Source: Rhizophagus irregularis
Lineage: Eukaryota
Direction of reading: 5' to 3'
DNA length: 64,000 nt
Assembly (NCBI RefSeq): GCF_026210795.1
Contig: NC_089429.1
Span: forward strand, 4,216,001 to 4,280,000
Shown: positions 41,252 to 52,170 of the stretch, one piece after another
Layout: each line of letters opens with the position of its first letter
Position numbering within the stretch: the stretch's first letter is position 1
Made by a program: the position numbers and the translations under genes
Notes under the pieces: model-generated
What the model was told of the DNA's origin: nothing
Databases searched by the model: none
The model's input: the letters and a program-made list of their open reading frames with translations, nothing else

Positions 41252-41813
41252 TAAAGATGGTCAATGGTCCTACTTGGTCCTAATCGGTCCTACGTGATCG
41301 GTCTTTGGGACGGACCGGACCGCAGTCCTTAATACCCGGTCCTAAATAAAGACCGATCACGATGATGGGTAAAATCTATCACGTGACATTACACAAATCC
41401 AAAAAAGGAAATTTTTGTTCCCGTCACACTTGGATCCTGGGGAAAATCTTACCACACCACCCTCGGTTATACAGTGACATTTAGCGTCACATTGTCATGT
41501 GATATCCGCATTCGCATTTTTTATATTTATCTGAGGGACTTACTAGCCTGATCATTATTTGTCACAACCTCGGAAATCACACCCCCAACAAATATTTTGT
41601 GTAACCGAGGGTGGTGTGGTAAGACTACCCGGATCCTGGTTACACTACAATACAAAAAAGGAAATTTCTATGCCGATCATTTAATTCTGGCCGGAATTAT
41701 CATAAATTTCGAAATTTATAAAGACTGATGGAGGACTGCGTTCTATGTGGTCCGGTCTTTTTGCATGTAGGACCGGTCTTAACCATGGTCTTTAGGACCG
41801 TTGACCATCTTTA
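41252..41813. mobile_element. hAT-type MITE
   Basis: TIR TAAAGATGGTCAA / TTGACCATCTTTA; 8-bp TSD CTCACACT; GGTCC/GGACC subterminal repeats. Confidence 0.9.
41441..41630. mobile_element. MULE/Merlin-type MITE nested in the hAT MITE
   Basis: TIR core TCTTACCACACCACCCTCGGTTA / TAACCGAGGGTGGTGTGGTAAGA; TSD GGATCCTG(G), 8-9 bp. Confidence 0.85.
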
Positions 41814-42289
41814 CTCACACTCTGTTGTAAGTTACAATCAACTGGCATTTTGTACAACATCTCCATCATCCTCAATAATAAGTTTTGATCCACATACTGC
41901 TTTAATTGAATTCCTCATTAGAATTTTATACGTATTGTTAGAAATTTTTTTACCACAAGAATCGGCGCTGTATTGAAAAACTTCATATTCCGGAGTTGCA
42001 AAATGTATTTCTTTTTACATGTACAAAAGCTTTAATAGATAATCGACCAAATTCAATGGTATTTAATGGAGTAGTTGCCACTGTTTCAACCAGTTGATTA
42101 AGGAGAATATTATCTTCCGTCAATTATCATCGTATCTACAGCTTCAGATAATAATTCAGTTGAATAATTACTGTATCTTTGTAATTCTCCTCTAAATATT
42201 TTACCGGTTTTTTTTATGACGAAAATTTAAAGCCTCAATAATTGAGAATAATCCGCAGCAATAAATTTGTACTATATTATCTTTAGTTA

Positions 42290-42640
42290 GGGGATGGCCA
42301 GAAATGACGTAATTTAAATTTTAGGATTTTTGCCCCCCGCCTCGAACTTGTGATTCCACTCCACATGTTTCGTCACAGGGTATTCAGAAAACATTGGTTC
42401 CACTTAGAATTTCCACGATGGATCCATGTGGATTTCTCTGCAGATTTTGACCGGCAAAAACTTCCTGATGAACTTTATTAACCTCCCTATGTCATCATTC
42501 ATTTTAGGAAATGTAAAATTAAAACACAATTCTGACTAGAATTATATTAACTACAAGTGTCTAAAAATGGAAGGTGTGTAACATCATCATGGTCTTAACC
42601 CCCTCCCCCTTAGGAAATGACGTCATTTCTGGCCATCCCC
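42290..42640. mobile_element. PIF/Harbinger (Tourist-like) MITE
   Basis: Perfect TIR GGGGATGGCCAGAAATGACG / CGTCATTTCTGGCCATCCCC; TTA TSD. Confidence 0.9.
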
Positions 42641-43808
42641 TTATCCTTTAATTGAACCCGTATAAGAATATTCTAATATCCATTACAGTAGACTCAACAG
42701 TTAGAAGAGAGATTTGATTTTCATATATAGTAATCCGTCAAATAATTCTGACCTTGCAGCCAAAATTGCTTTAGATGCATATATTTTTTTTTTATCTTTA
42801 CATAAAATTCCTATATCGCCATATTTGAGTTATTTATCAACAATATTAAGTCTTATTTTCCTCTCTTCATTTTTTTTTTTATGTCCAAGAAACTTATAAA
42901 TAGTTTAAATTTAGATAAGTAGAGTGTGTTGCATAACAAAGATCAAAATTTAGATCGGATAGCAAATTGTCGATATACGTAATATTTATAATTATTCCTT
43001 GGTTGTAACTTAATTTAATATAAGCAGATAACTTATGGATTTTACAAAATAATATGAATAATGATTCTCAACGTCTATGAAAGAAGAAGAATACTATGAA
43101 AATGAATATGAAGATGAATGGGCCGAGAAGACGAATTAGAAGCTTATGTTTCACTCGATCTAGACTCGAAATTTTTACGAAGGGAAGAGAAATTGCGCAC
43201 TCAACAGTTCAATTCAAGTTTATAGCATTATATTCTAGACTTCGAGTGAGTCAAGTATTGATCTAATATCAATGATATAATATTTAGCGTATTTTGACGG
43301 TATATTGATCATTTCGTGATTATTGTCATTAAAATGATTTTTTTTTATTAATAAATATTGGTTTTTAAGAAATTATAATAATAAAATATCTAAAAAAAAA
43401 AATTGTTATAAATTAAATGAATAAATTAATCGGGTAACGTTTAACCTGCCTTACTGCTAAATTGTACGTATAATTTCAAATATAACACTACGTTTGCTTA
43501 TTAACAATCATTAGTCTTATTCTAACGAATATCCTCTTGTCATTTCTAATCACAGTTATAATGATATTCAAAGATTATAAAGAGTTGTATCTATACATTA
43601 TAGCTATGTGTGCAATGAAGATATGATGCTTTTAACAACTGGAAGTTTAATTGAAATTCATACGGCACATATAAATAATTTCATTCTACGCTAAATACAA
43701 AATTTTTTACTAATGAATTTCTCGACTAAATTATATTATCATCATGACTTTAAATAATATCCAATTTTATTTACTCTCGCATGTATTATAGAGGGTATAT
43801 ATGTAGAT

Positions 43809-45224
43809 TTATGATTTTTGATGAGGTTGAATTCGAAAGCGACCAGGATAATGAAATGATACTACGGGATAAAGCTTTGATGGCAAATTATTCCATGTTG
43901 ATACTACCGGATATTTTGTACCATCTACTGTAAAAGCACAAGTTCTTTTATTCATATCTAGATGAACAGTGATTCTTGCACCATTTATAAATTCAGGACA
44001 ATAATCAAGTTGCCAATTCCCGAAATTACAACACCTACCATCACTACACAATACCCATCCATAAGACACCCAACTTTCACTTTCAAAATTTTCCAATGTA
44101 CATACTCCAATATGAAAATAAACGCTGACTTTCTCAATAATGACATCCCATTCAAAAATGTTTTCATTCTCTAATGCAAGTTTTGCTCTAACACTTTGAT
44201 AATTATAAACATTTGCTGATTTAGTACGTACAACTTTTCCATTATCCTCAATAATAAGGTTTGATCCACATGCTGATTCATCCCAAACATAATCGGATTC
44301 ATTAAATTTGTAAATTGACGTTGGAATTCCTCGAATATCATTTAAGTCTGAACTATTCGATTTTGCTATATATCGATAAACATTTAAAATTATTTTGGTT
44401 GGGATAATTTCTAATGGATCAATGAGATCAGCAAATATTTGTCTTTTAATTCGTCTGAAATCAATAAATTCAACCAAAGGTTCCAATTCTTTAGTAACTT
44501 CTGATATTCGGTTATTGTCAATAAATTTAATTTCTATTTGGATCGAGTTATTCATTTGTTCTAAGGTAGGTAATCTCTCCATAAGAATTTTGTATGCACT
44601 ATTAGAGACTTGTTTTGCTGCCAGAATAACGGCATATCGAAAAACTTCATATTCTGGCGTTGCAAAGGGCGTTTCTTTATTATATGTATAAGATAGGAGA
44701 TGTTGAAGTGCCTTGATTGATAATCGACCAAACTCAACAGTATTTAGTGGAATAGTTGCTACAGATTCGACTAATAAATTTAAGAGAATATTATCTTCCG
44801 ATAGCGGAATTGTATTCACTACTTTAGATAATAATTCTGGTGAATAATTTTTTGCATAATTAGCACTTTTAATAGTTTCCATAATAAATTTCTGAAGGTC
44901 TAGTAATTGAAAATAGTCTGCAGCATAAAAAGCTTCGACTATATTTTCTTTATTTAAAGATTCTACTTTAATTGATCCCGAATAAATGTATTCTAATATA
45001 ATTTCCATTTCGGAAGAATTAATATTCGGGAAAGAAAAATGATTTTCATAACTTTCTTTCCTCCCATTATAAAGAAATTTATCAAATACTTCGGACCTTG
45101 CTGCTAAGATTGCTCTGCAACCGTGTAGTATTTGTTTATCCTTACATAAAATTTTTATATCACTATATTTTGGATTATTTATTAATAATCTCAAATCTTG
45201 TTCTAATGAATATCCTTTCGTCAT
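43809..45224 (-). CDS. BTB/POZ-SPRY protein, copy 4
   Basis: 471-aa intronless ORF colinear with the paralogs. Confidence 0.9.
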   Translation of the reverse strand: MTKGYSLEQDLRLLINNPKYSDIKILCKDKQILHGCRAILAARSEVFDKFLYNGRKESYENHFSFPNINSSEMEIILEYIYSGSIKVESLNKENIVEAFYAADYFQLLDLQKFIMETIKSANYAKNYSPELLSKVVNTIPLSEDNILLNLLVESVATIPLNTVEFGRLSIKALQHLLSYTYNKETPFATPEYEVFRYAVILAAKQVSNSAYKILMERLPTLEQMNNSIQIEIKFIDNNRISEVTKELEPLVEFIDFRRIKRQIFADLIDPLEIIPTKIILNVYRYIAKSNSSDLNDIRGIPTSIYKFNESDYVWDESACGSNLIIEDNGKVVRTKSANVYNYQSVRAKLALENENIFEWDVIIEKVSVYFHIGVCTLENFESESWVSYGWVLCSDGRCCNFGNWQLDYCPEFINGARITVHLDMNKRTCAFTVDGTKYPVVSTWNNLPSKLYPVVSFHYPGRFRIQPHQKS

Positions 45225-46090
45225 TATTGGATTTTTTTTTGTTGAGAAATTGAGAAAGAAGTTTTGTTATTCATCCCATTTCAGACCAAATTTATCGTTA
45301 TAGTAAGTGTAGATTTTTTACAAATTTAGATTCGTACCAAATTCAATTTGGAAAATCGAGTCACGTGTGCATGATATAACAATTTTTTTTACGATTAAAT
45401 AAAAAAATTATTACAAATTTTAAATCTTTTTTCGTTAACAACGCAATTTGCATGAAAATTAAAACATTTTTCATTTATCTGTTACATATTTATGTATAAT
45501 TGTTAATTAACATCTTTTTTCTACGTGTAGTTATAGTTTAAAATCTCCATACGGTCGCATCTCTAGTTGAGAATTACAAAATCGTGTAAATTTTGAATTA
45601 TCATTATAAAGTGAAAATTATGAAATGTTTGGATTAGTAATAACTTCAGAAAATAATACAAAATTAGAAGGAATTTATGTTAATGGCTTTATCCGATCGT
45701 AAGAAATATTGACATAACAAAATATTATATTTATGGGAAACAATGTTCTTAATTTATTGATATATCTATTCCATTAAATATTATTCATTTTTATTGATAA
45801 CCTTTCAATATCTTAAGCGCGTCAGACTGTCATAATTTATATCAATGTAGTAGAGCTAAATTACATAAGAAATAAAGATATTTTCTTAATTTCTTTATAC
45901 CGCTATTAACCAAAATATGTCCCTATAATTCTGGAACATGCTAATTTAAAAAATTGATCAATGTGTTACATTCAGTTATCGATCATGAACAAATGTTCAC
46001 GAAAAAAAATGGAAATAAAATTTTATAATATTACAATATAACATTGTCCGTTTATTAAATAAAAAAAAACATGTAATTGTCTAAATTTAT

Positions 46091-46426
46091 TGCACCCCGC
46101 GGTTTTATATGATCACGTGAAATTTATTTATACAGTTAAAGTAGGATCGGCATCGTGCATGAATTAGAAACCGCGCCCAGAAAACGGAGCTGCTTTTTTT
46201 TTTTTAACAATGAACAATTCTATAAAATAAAAACGTGTACAACATGTGCACAATGAGTCATCGTGTCACGATAACCATAAATCACATTATTTTGGTAATA
46301 TACAATAAATTTGCAGCTCCGTTTTCTGGGAGCGGTTTCTAATTCATGCACGATGCCGATCCTACTTTAACTGTATAAATAAATTTCACGTGATCATATA
46401 AAACCGCCCCAGAATCAGGGGGTGCA
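46091..46426. mobile_element. Foldback MITE with ~100-bp near-perfect inverted arms
   Basis: 46091-46193 is the reverse complement of 46313-46426, apart from one substitution and a short insertion near the right end. Confidence 0.8.
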
Positions 46427-46436
46427 AAAAAAAAAC

Positions 46437-46991
46437 ATAGTGATATAGAAATATTATGTGAAGATGAAAAGAAACTATATGGTTGTAGAGCAATTTTGGC
46501 TGCAAGGTCCGAAGTATTTGACAGATTACTCTATAATGGGATGAAAGAAAGTTATGAAAACCAAATTTCTTTCCAAAAATTAATTCCTCCGGGATGGAAA
46601 TTATATTGGAATATATTATACGGGATCAATTAAAGAATAATCTTTAACTAAAGAAAATATAGTTGAAGCTTTTAATGCTGAGTATTCAAGATTTTATCGT
46701 GAAAACTCTTAAAAATACTCTTAAAAAAAAATCACAAAAAATTTTTCACCAGAATTATTATCTAAAATTGCAGAAATAATGTCATTAACAGAAGATAATG
46801 TTCTTCTTAACTTATTGATTGAAACGGTGGCAATTATTCCATTGAATACTATTGAATTTGGTCGATTATCTATTGTAGGCCTCAAACATCTTTTATCTTA
46901 TACACAAGAAAAAGAAAAATTTTTTGTGACCCCAAAATTTAAAGTTTTTCGATATAGTGCAATTTTAGCAGCAAAACAAGTTTCTAATGAT
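46437..46991 (+). pseudogene. Truncated BTB/POZ(-SPRY) pseudogene
   Basis: SDIEILCEDEKKLYGCRAILAARSEVFD... to ...AAKQVSND; frameshift near 46572, TAA near 46638, internal deletion; 5' end abuts the foldback element; SPRY part absent. Confidence 0.85.
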
Positions 46992-47837
46992 ACACCCATG
47001 CATAGCAACATGCTGCTCCATAAATAATGCATAAAAAAACAAGTTTTACTTTACTCACTTTTGATATTGCTTCAGGCAAATTAGATGTTAAGATGAATAA
47101 AAGAGCTGATTAAACGAAAATAAGAGAGATGAAAGGGAAAGAAAAAGCAATCAAGAGAGGGAAGAGAAGAAAGAAAAGGAAGGATGAGAGACAACAAGAG
47201 TAGGAGAGAAAGAGTGAGGGAAGAAACAGAAAAGTGTAAGAGGAAAAAGGGTTTAAAAAAGAAGGCGGGAGAGAAGGAGAGAAAGGAGAGGAAACTGAAA
47301 AAAGAGTAATATAAGATTATTAAATATCTAATAAGAAAAATGATATGTCAAATACTTTTCGCGCAATGCGCAACAAAAAGTCACATGCAATTTGCGTAAA
47401 AACAAATCCAATTTGCGCTTCTAATACTGTATCTGCAAATCTAAGTTTTTAAATATAAAATTTTAAATTATAAGTTGCGCTATGCTCAAACTAGAATTAT
47501 GTATAATTTGCAGAAATTAAAAAGTAAGTTGCGCTCCGCAAATTCTGCAAATAGATTTCATACACTGAGTAAGATTGTATTGGAATAGTGGGAGTCTGTC
47601 TTTTTTCGATGTCTGCGCGGAAAATTCCATAAAGTGCGTATCTCCAAATTTTTTTTTATTTTAAGTTTGATAATTAAACTAGAAAATCATTAATTTCTCT
47701 TCTTTTCAATTTTTATACACGTGTTACTATCGCCTTATAAAGTAAATTATTGTTTAGTTCCTTGCATTAAATATTAATTTATGTTACTAAAATAGCATGC
47801 TGTGTCGCTGCGAAGCAAAGATTACCACAAGAATGAT

Positions 47838-48040
47838 TCAGATAAATAATTCTATAAAAATTGGAATTATAGCTTCACACCAAAGTTTATTAACTAACAA
47901 ACAAGAGAATAGAGTTTTTTTACACTTTTTATTGTTATTCATAAGCCCAATCAAATGATTTATACCAGATAGCGTCGTTGTATTTGAATATAATGAAAGT
48001 AGATTTATGAAAAGTTCATTTAAACCTTGAAAAATATGAT
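47838..48040 (-). pseudogene. F-box N-terminal fragment
   Basis: KKTLFSCLLVNKLWCEAIIPI matches the F-box motif of the genes at 27791-34088. Confidence 0.5.
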
Positions 48041-48064
48041 AAAAGAATATCATTATGAAATTGA

Positions 48065-48107
48065 ATATCAATGATTTTCACGGCGCAGCCGTGAAAATCA
48101 TTGATAT
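48065..48107. repeat. Perfect 20-bp hairpin with GCA loop
   Basis: ATATCAATGATTTTCACGGC-GCA-GCCGTGAAAATCATTGATAT. Confidence 0.9.
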
Positions 48108-48294
48108 CCACAGTTCCCCGTGAAATAACTATCACTTAATAGTTTGAATATGAACGTTTAAAGACTCTTTTTAGGTAATCGGAGATCCATGTGACAGTAA
48201 ATTTTTTCACCGTACACATGGTACTACAGCGTACAACCCAATTTATTATAAATCAAATTTAATCATTCACATAAACTCGTGTTAAAAAAAAGAA

Positions 48295-49677
48295 ATGACG
48301 AGAGGATATTCATTAGAACAAGATTTAAGTTTGTTAGTAAATAATACCAAATATAGTGATATAGAAATTTTATGTGAAGATGGAAAGAAACTATATGGTT
48401 GTAGAGCAATTTTGGCTGCAAGATCCGAATTATTTGACAGTTTACTTTACAATGGAATGAAAGAAAGTTTTGAAAATAAAATTTCTTTTCCAAAGATTAA
48501 TTCCTCTGGAATGAAAATTATATTGGAATATATTTATACAGGATTAATTAAAAAAGAATCTTTAAATAAAAATAATATAATTGAAGCATTTTATGCTGCA
48601 GATTTTTTTCAATTAACTGATCTTCAAGAAAATATTGTAAGAGTTGTTAATAATACACTGGAATCAGAAAATTATTCACCGGAATTATTATCTAATATTG
48701 TAGAAATAATGCCATTTATAGAAGATAATATTCTTCAAAATTTATTGGTTGAAAAAGTAGCAACTATTCCTTTAAATACAATTGAATTTGATCGATTATC
48801 TATCGCCGGACTTCAATGTCTTTTATCATTTACACATAAAAAAGCAAAGTCCTTTGCAACTCCTGAATATGAAGTTTTTCGATATAGTGCTATTCTAGCA
48901 GCAAAACAAGTTTCTAATGATGCTTTTAAAACTCTTATGAAATGTTTACCAACTTTGGAACAAATAAAGAATTCAATCCAAGTAGAAAATGAACCTATTA
49001 CCGATCACTGTAAAGTTACTAAAGAATTAGAACCTTTAATTGATTTCATTGATTTTAATCAAATTAAAGGAAAAATTTTGACAGATATTATCGAACCATT
49101 AGGAATTATTCCAGCTAAGACAATATTAGATGCTTATCGACAAAAAGCAAGATCACATAATACGGATTTTAATGAAATTCGAGGAACACAGTTTTGGGAT
49201 GAGTTAGCATGCGGATCAAAACTTTTTATTGAAGAAAATGGAAAAGTTGTAAGTGCATCAAACGATTGTCATACACATCAAGGTGTTAGAGCTAAAATTT
49301 TAATTGATAGTAAAGGTATTTTTGAATGGGATTTTATAATTGAGAAAGCTTGTAAATGGTTTTGGGTTGGAGTATGTGCACCAGGAAGTTTTAATAATGA
49401 TGAACCTATTGGATGGGCATTGAGTTCTGAAGGTCGTTACTATAATTCTGGAAATTATTTAGAAGATTATTGTCCTTCATTGGGTGATGGCACGAGAATT
49501 ACTGTTCATTTAGATATGAATAAAAAAACTTGCGCTTTCACAGTCGATGGTACAAGATATCCCGAAGTATTAAATTGTAATAATAATTTACCATCAAAGT
49601 TTTATCCTGTAGCATCATTATGTTATCCTGGTCGTTTTCGAATTCAATCCCATCAAAAGTTAGATGTAATAATTTAA
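48295..49677 (+). CDS. BTB/POZ-SPRY protein, copy 6 (inverted orientation)
   Basis: 460-aa intronless ORF colinear with the paralogs. Confidence 0.9.
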   Translation: MTRGYSLEQDLSLLVNNTKYSDIEILCEDGKKLYGCRAILAARSELFDSLLYNGMKESFENKISFPKINSSGMKIILEYIYTGLIKKESLNKNNIIEAFYAADFFQLTDLQENIVRVVNNTLESENYSPELLSNIVEIMPFIEDNILQNLLVEKVATIPLNTIEFDRLSIAGLQCLLSFTHKKAKSFATPEYEVFRYSAILAAKQVSNDAFKTLMKCLPTLEQIKNSIQVENEPITDHCKVTKELEPLIDFIDFNQIKGKILTDIIEPLGIIPAKTILDAYRQKARSHNTDFNEIRGTQFWDELACGSKLFIEENGKVVSASNDCHTHQGVRAKILIDSKGIFEWDFIIEKACKWFWVGVCAPGSFNNDEPIGWALSSEGRYYNSGNYLEDYCPSLGDGTRITVHLDMNKKTCAFTVDGTRYPEVLNCNNNLPSKFYPVASLCYPGRFRIQSHQKLDVII

Positions 49678-50489
49678 AAAAAAAAAAAGATTGGGTTATT
49701 TGTTGTGACTAACCACAACTATCGGTTCAGTTTAAAAATAGCTACTTGTTTTAATACCAAAAACTTTATATGACATTATATTCGTTATATAATTAAACAA
49801 TTAAGGAATTGTGAAATATCCTTTATATATTAAATACATAATCTTAATTTTTCGTATATTATGCGACTTTGAATGAAGCAAACCATCAAGAGTAGGATTC
49901 TTATTAAATACATTCAAGCATAGATGTGACATATGTTCTAATACCAATTATACTAATGACAGAATTGGACTTTAAAGTGAAAAGACAATATAAAAATCTC
50001 TTACTTCTTCAGTTGTATAAAATTAGAAGAATGTAAAGGAACAAATATATTAATTGTTATGATTAATTTTAATTTGTATCTGAATAAATCTTTAAAAATT
50101 TAAATATCGTATACAATATGTTCTTTGACGCAACTTTTTTTTATTTATCTTAGTATTTCTACAATCTTTCACGTAAATACTGAGAACGAAAGCGAAAATA
50201 TTATCTACAAAAAGATTACAATTGTGGCTAATATGAAAATAGAATCTAGTAATTTTTCAAAATTTATTCTTCGCCTTTTTCAATAATTTTTTAAACAAAG
50301 TTTGATTACTTATGAACTGTTAGATAAAAAAGTGGTCTTCGCTCTAAAGTTATCCTACACTCCAAGCTGCTATAATAAGAATTATTTAGAAATTACGAAT
50401 TGGAAAAAATCAAAGAATGAGAAACGTTGATAGAAGAACATACCGATCTCTTTTTTTTTCAGATGGTCCGGAATTGAAAGTTCCACCGT

Positions 50490-51135
50490 CAGTAGTTCCG
50501 TTTATAATAATGTTATTCCCTCCACTCTTGAGTATCGGTTGATAAATGTCGGCCGGTTTATGCTCCCTCAAAGAAAAATTTAGAAAGGTCTTGATTCCAT
50601 CCCGCCAGGCAGGATCGAGACTGAACATCAGATAAGCTCGATGGGTCATCTGTGTTCTGGCGGTAGTTCCGCTTATATTAACGTTATTCCCTCCATTTGT
50701 GAGTATCGGTTGATAAATGTCGGCCGGTTTATGCTCCCTCAAAGAAAAATTTAGAAAGTTACTATTATTCTTAAATATCATATTCATTTATTTCGCTTGA
50801 ATCCATCCCGCCAGGCAGGATCGAGACTGAACATCAGACAAGCTCGATGGGTCATCTATGTTCACGCCTCGAAGCTTAACATCAGACAAGCTCGATGGGT
50901 CATCTGTGTTCTGGAGGGGCTAGTGTCAGATCGGCTTGAAAGTATTGAATACAGATTTTCGCTTGATTCCATCCCGCCAGGCAGGATCGAGACTAAACAT
51001 CAGACAAGCTCGATGGGTCATCTGTGTCCACGGTTGCCTCGAAACTTAACATCAGACAAGCTCGATGGGTCACCTGTGTTCTGGCGGGTTGGCTTGAAAG
51101 ACTTGAACACAGACAAGCTCGAAGGGTCCTCATGC
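50490..51135. repeat. GC-rich modular direct-repeat region
   Basis: Core AACATCAGACAAGCTCGATGGGTCATCTGTGTT at 50624, 50830, 50878, 50996, 51048 and 51106 (variant); CCATCCCGCCAGGCAGGATCGAGACT x3; ~95-bp duplication 50492-50588 / 50663-50759. Confidence 0.85.
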
Positions 51136-52170
51136 CACTTATTCTTCTTTTTTACGCAGAAAGTAATTAAGTAAATACTTGCCTGCCTGTATTTGTTGCA
51201 CTTTTTTCTGTCTTCGACCTTCGACCTTCTTCTGTATTGGCGATATTCTCAAGGAAGGAAAGGTAGCAATTTACCTTTCGTCTAAATGGTTCGACATTGT
51301 ACTCACCAAGGAGTCCAGTAATACACCATTCGTTCAAAATATTCATGTATCTGTTTTTGACAGGAGGCCAAAGGGTCATTGGTGGGTCAAAAAAAAATGC
51401 AATAATCCGTATTAAACTTTCTTACCACTTTAGTACTAGATGTGAACGTTTTGTTTTGTGTTGTCTTTGCCTTTACCTTTAGGCGATGCCGACGCAAAGT
51501 GTGAAGTGACGGGAGACTTAAAAATTTACGTGGTCGAGCCGCCGGAGAATTTAAATTTACCATATTCTAACTTACTCTATAAAAGAGGTAACAATATTCA
51601 TTTTCTCAAGGTCGCGTCATTTTTACAGTTATTGCAAAAAAAACGTCATTTTTACTCCGAAGTCATACACAGTCATACCGGCGCACATGATCATAATTGA
51701 TTGCCGGCCAAGTTATAATTTTAACACATACGGGAATGTCGATCATTTCCATTTTTTTGCGAAAGCCAAAAAAAAACTAAATTCTGGCCAGAATTATAAA
51801 TTATGCCGATCAGTCATGCGTGTGAAGCTTCGAAACGAAAATAAATTGGGTGGTCCATTCTTTTGCAATTAGCTGTAAGGATTTAAGATGTCCAAATAAT
51901 TACTTTACACTAAATATTATTCTTAAAAATAAATAAATAAGGTAGGATATAATAATAATTTATTGGATACATTATATAACAAACTTTTAAAATTACAAAT
52001 TTTGCAAATATTACAACTTACTTTACAGCATAAACTTTAATAATACATTTGTACAATAATCGACTTCACTATTTCTATATCACTATATATACTATATTTA
52101 TAAGCCAAAAAAATAGACTTAATGATATGCCAATCTATTACACTGTACTCCATATACTATAAATCAAAAA

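Larger units (their letters stand above)
40935..42856 (-). pseudogene. BTB/POZ-SPRY pseudogene disrupted by three MITEs and deletions
   Basis: Fragments KYGDIGILCKDKKKIYASKAILAARSELFDGLLY (~42830-42725), VATTPLNTIEFGRLS and FATPEYEVF (~42080-41975), CGSKLIIEDDG (~41895), and a SPRY end (~40950). Confidence 0.85.

Noticed and set aside
43004..43410. LTR/Ginger fragment with an acidic gag-like stretch
   Set aside because: Termini (TGTAAC/GTTATA) and coding similarity are too weak to support a call.
47100..47570. Purine-rich tract with TTGCGC repeats as a defined element
   Set aside because: Only one plausible terminus (…TTCATACACTG); no matching end or TSD found.
50596..51135. CRISPR-like array
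   Set aside because: Spacers vary widely in length and are themselves reused; no cas genes; eukaryotic context.
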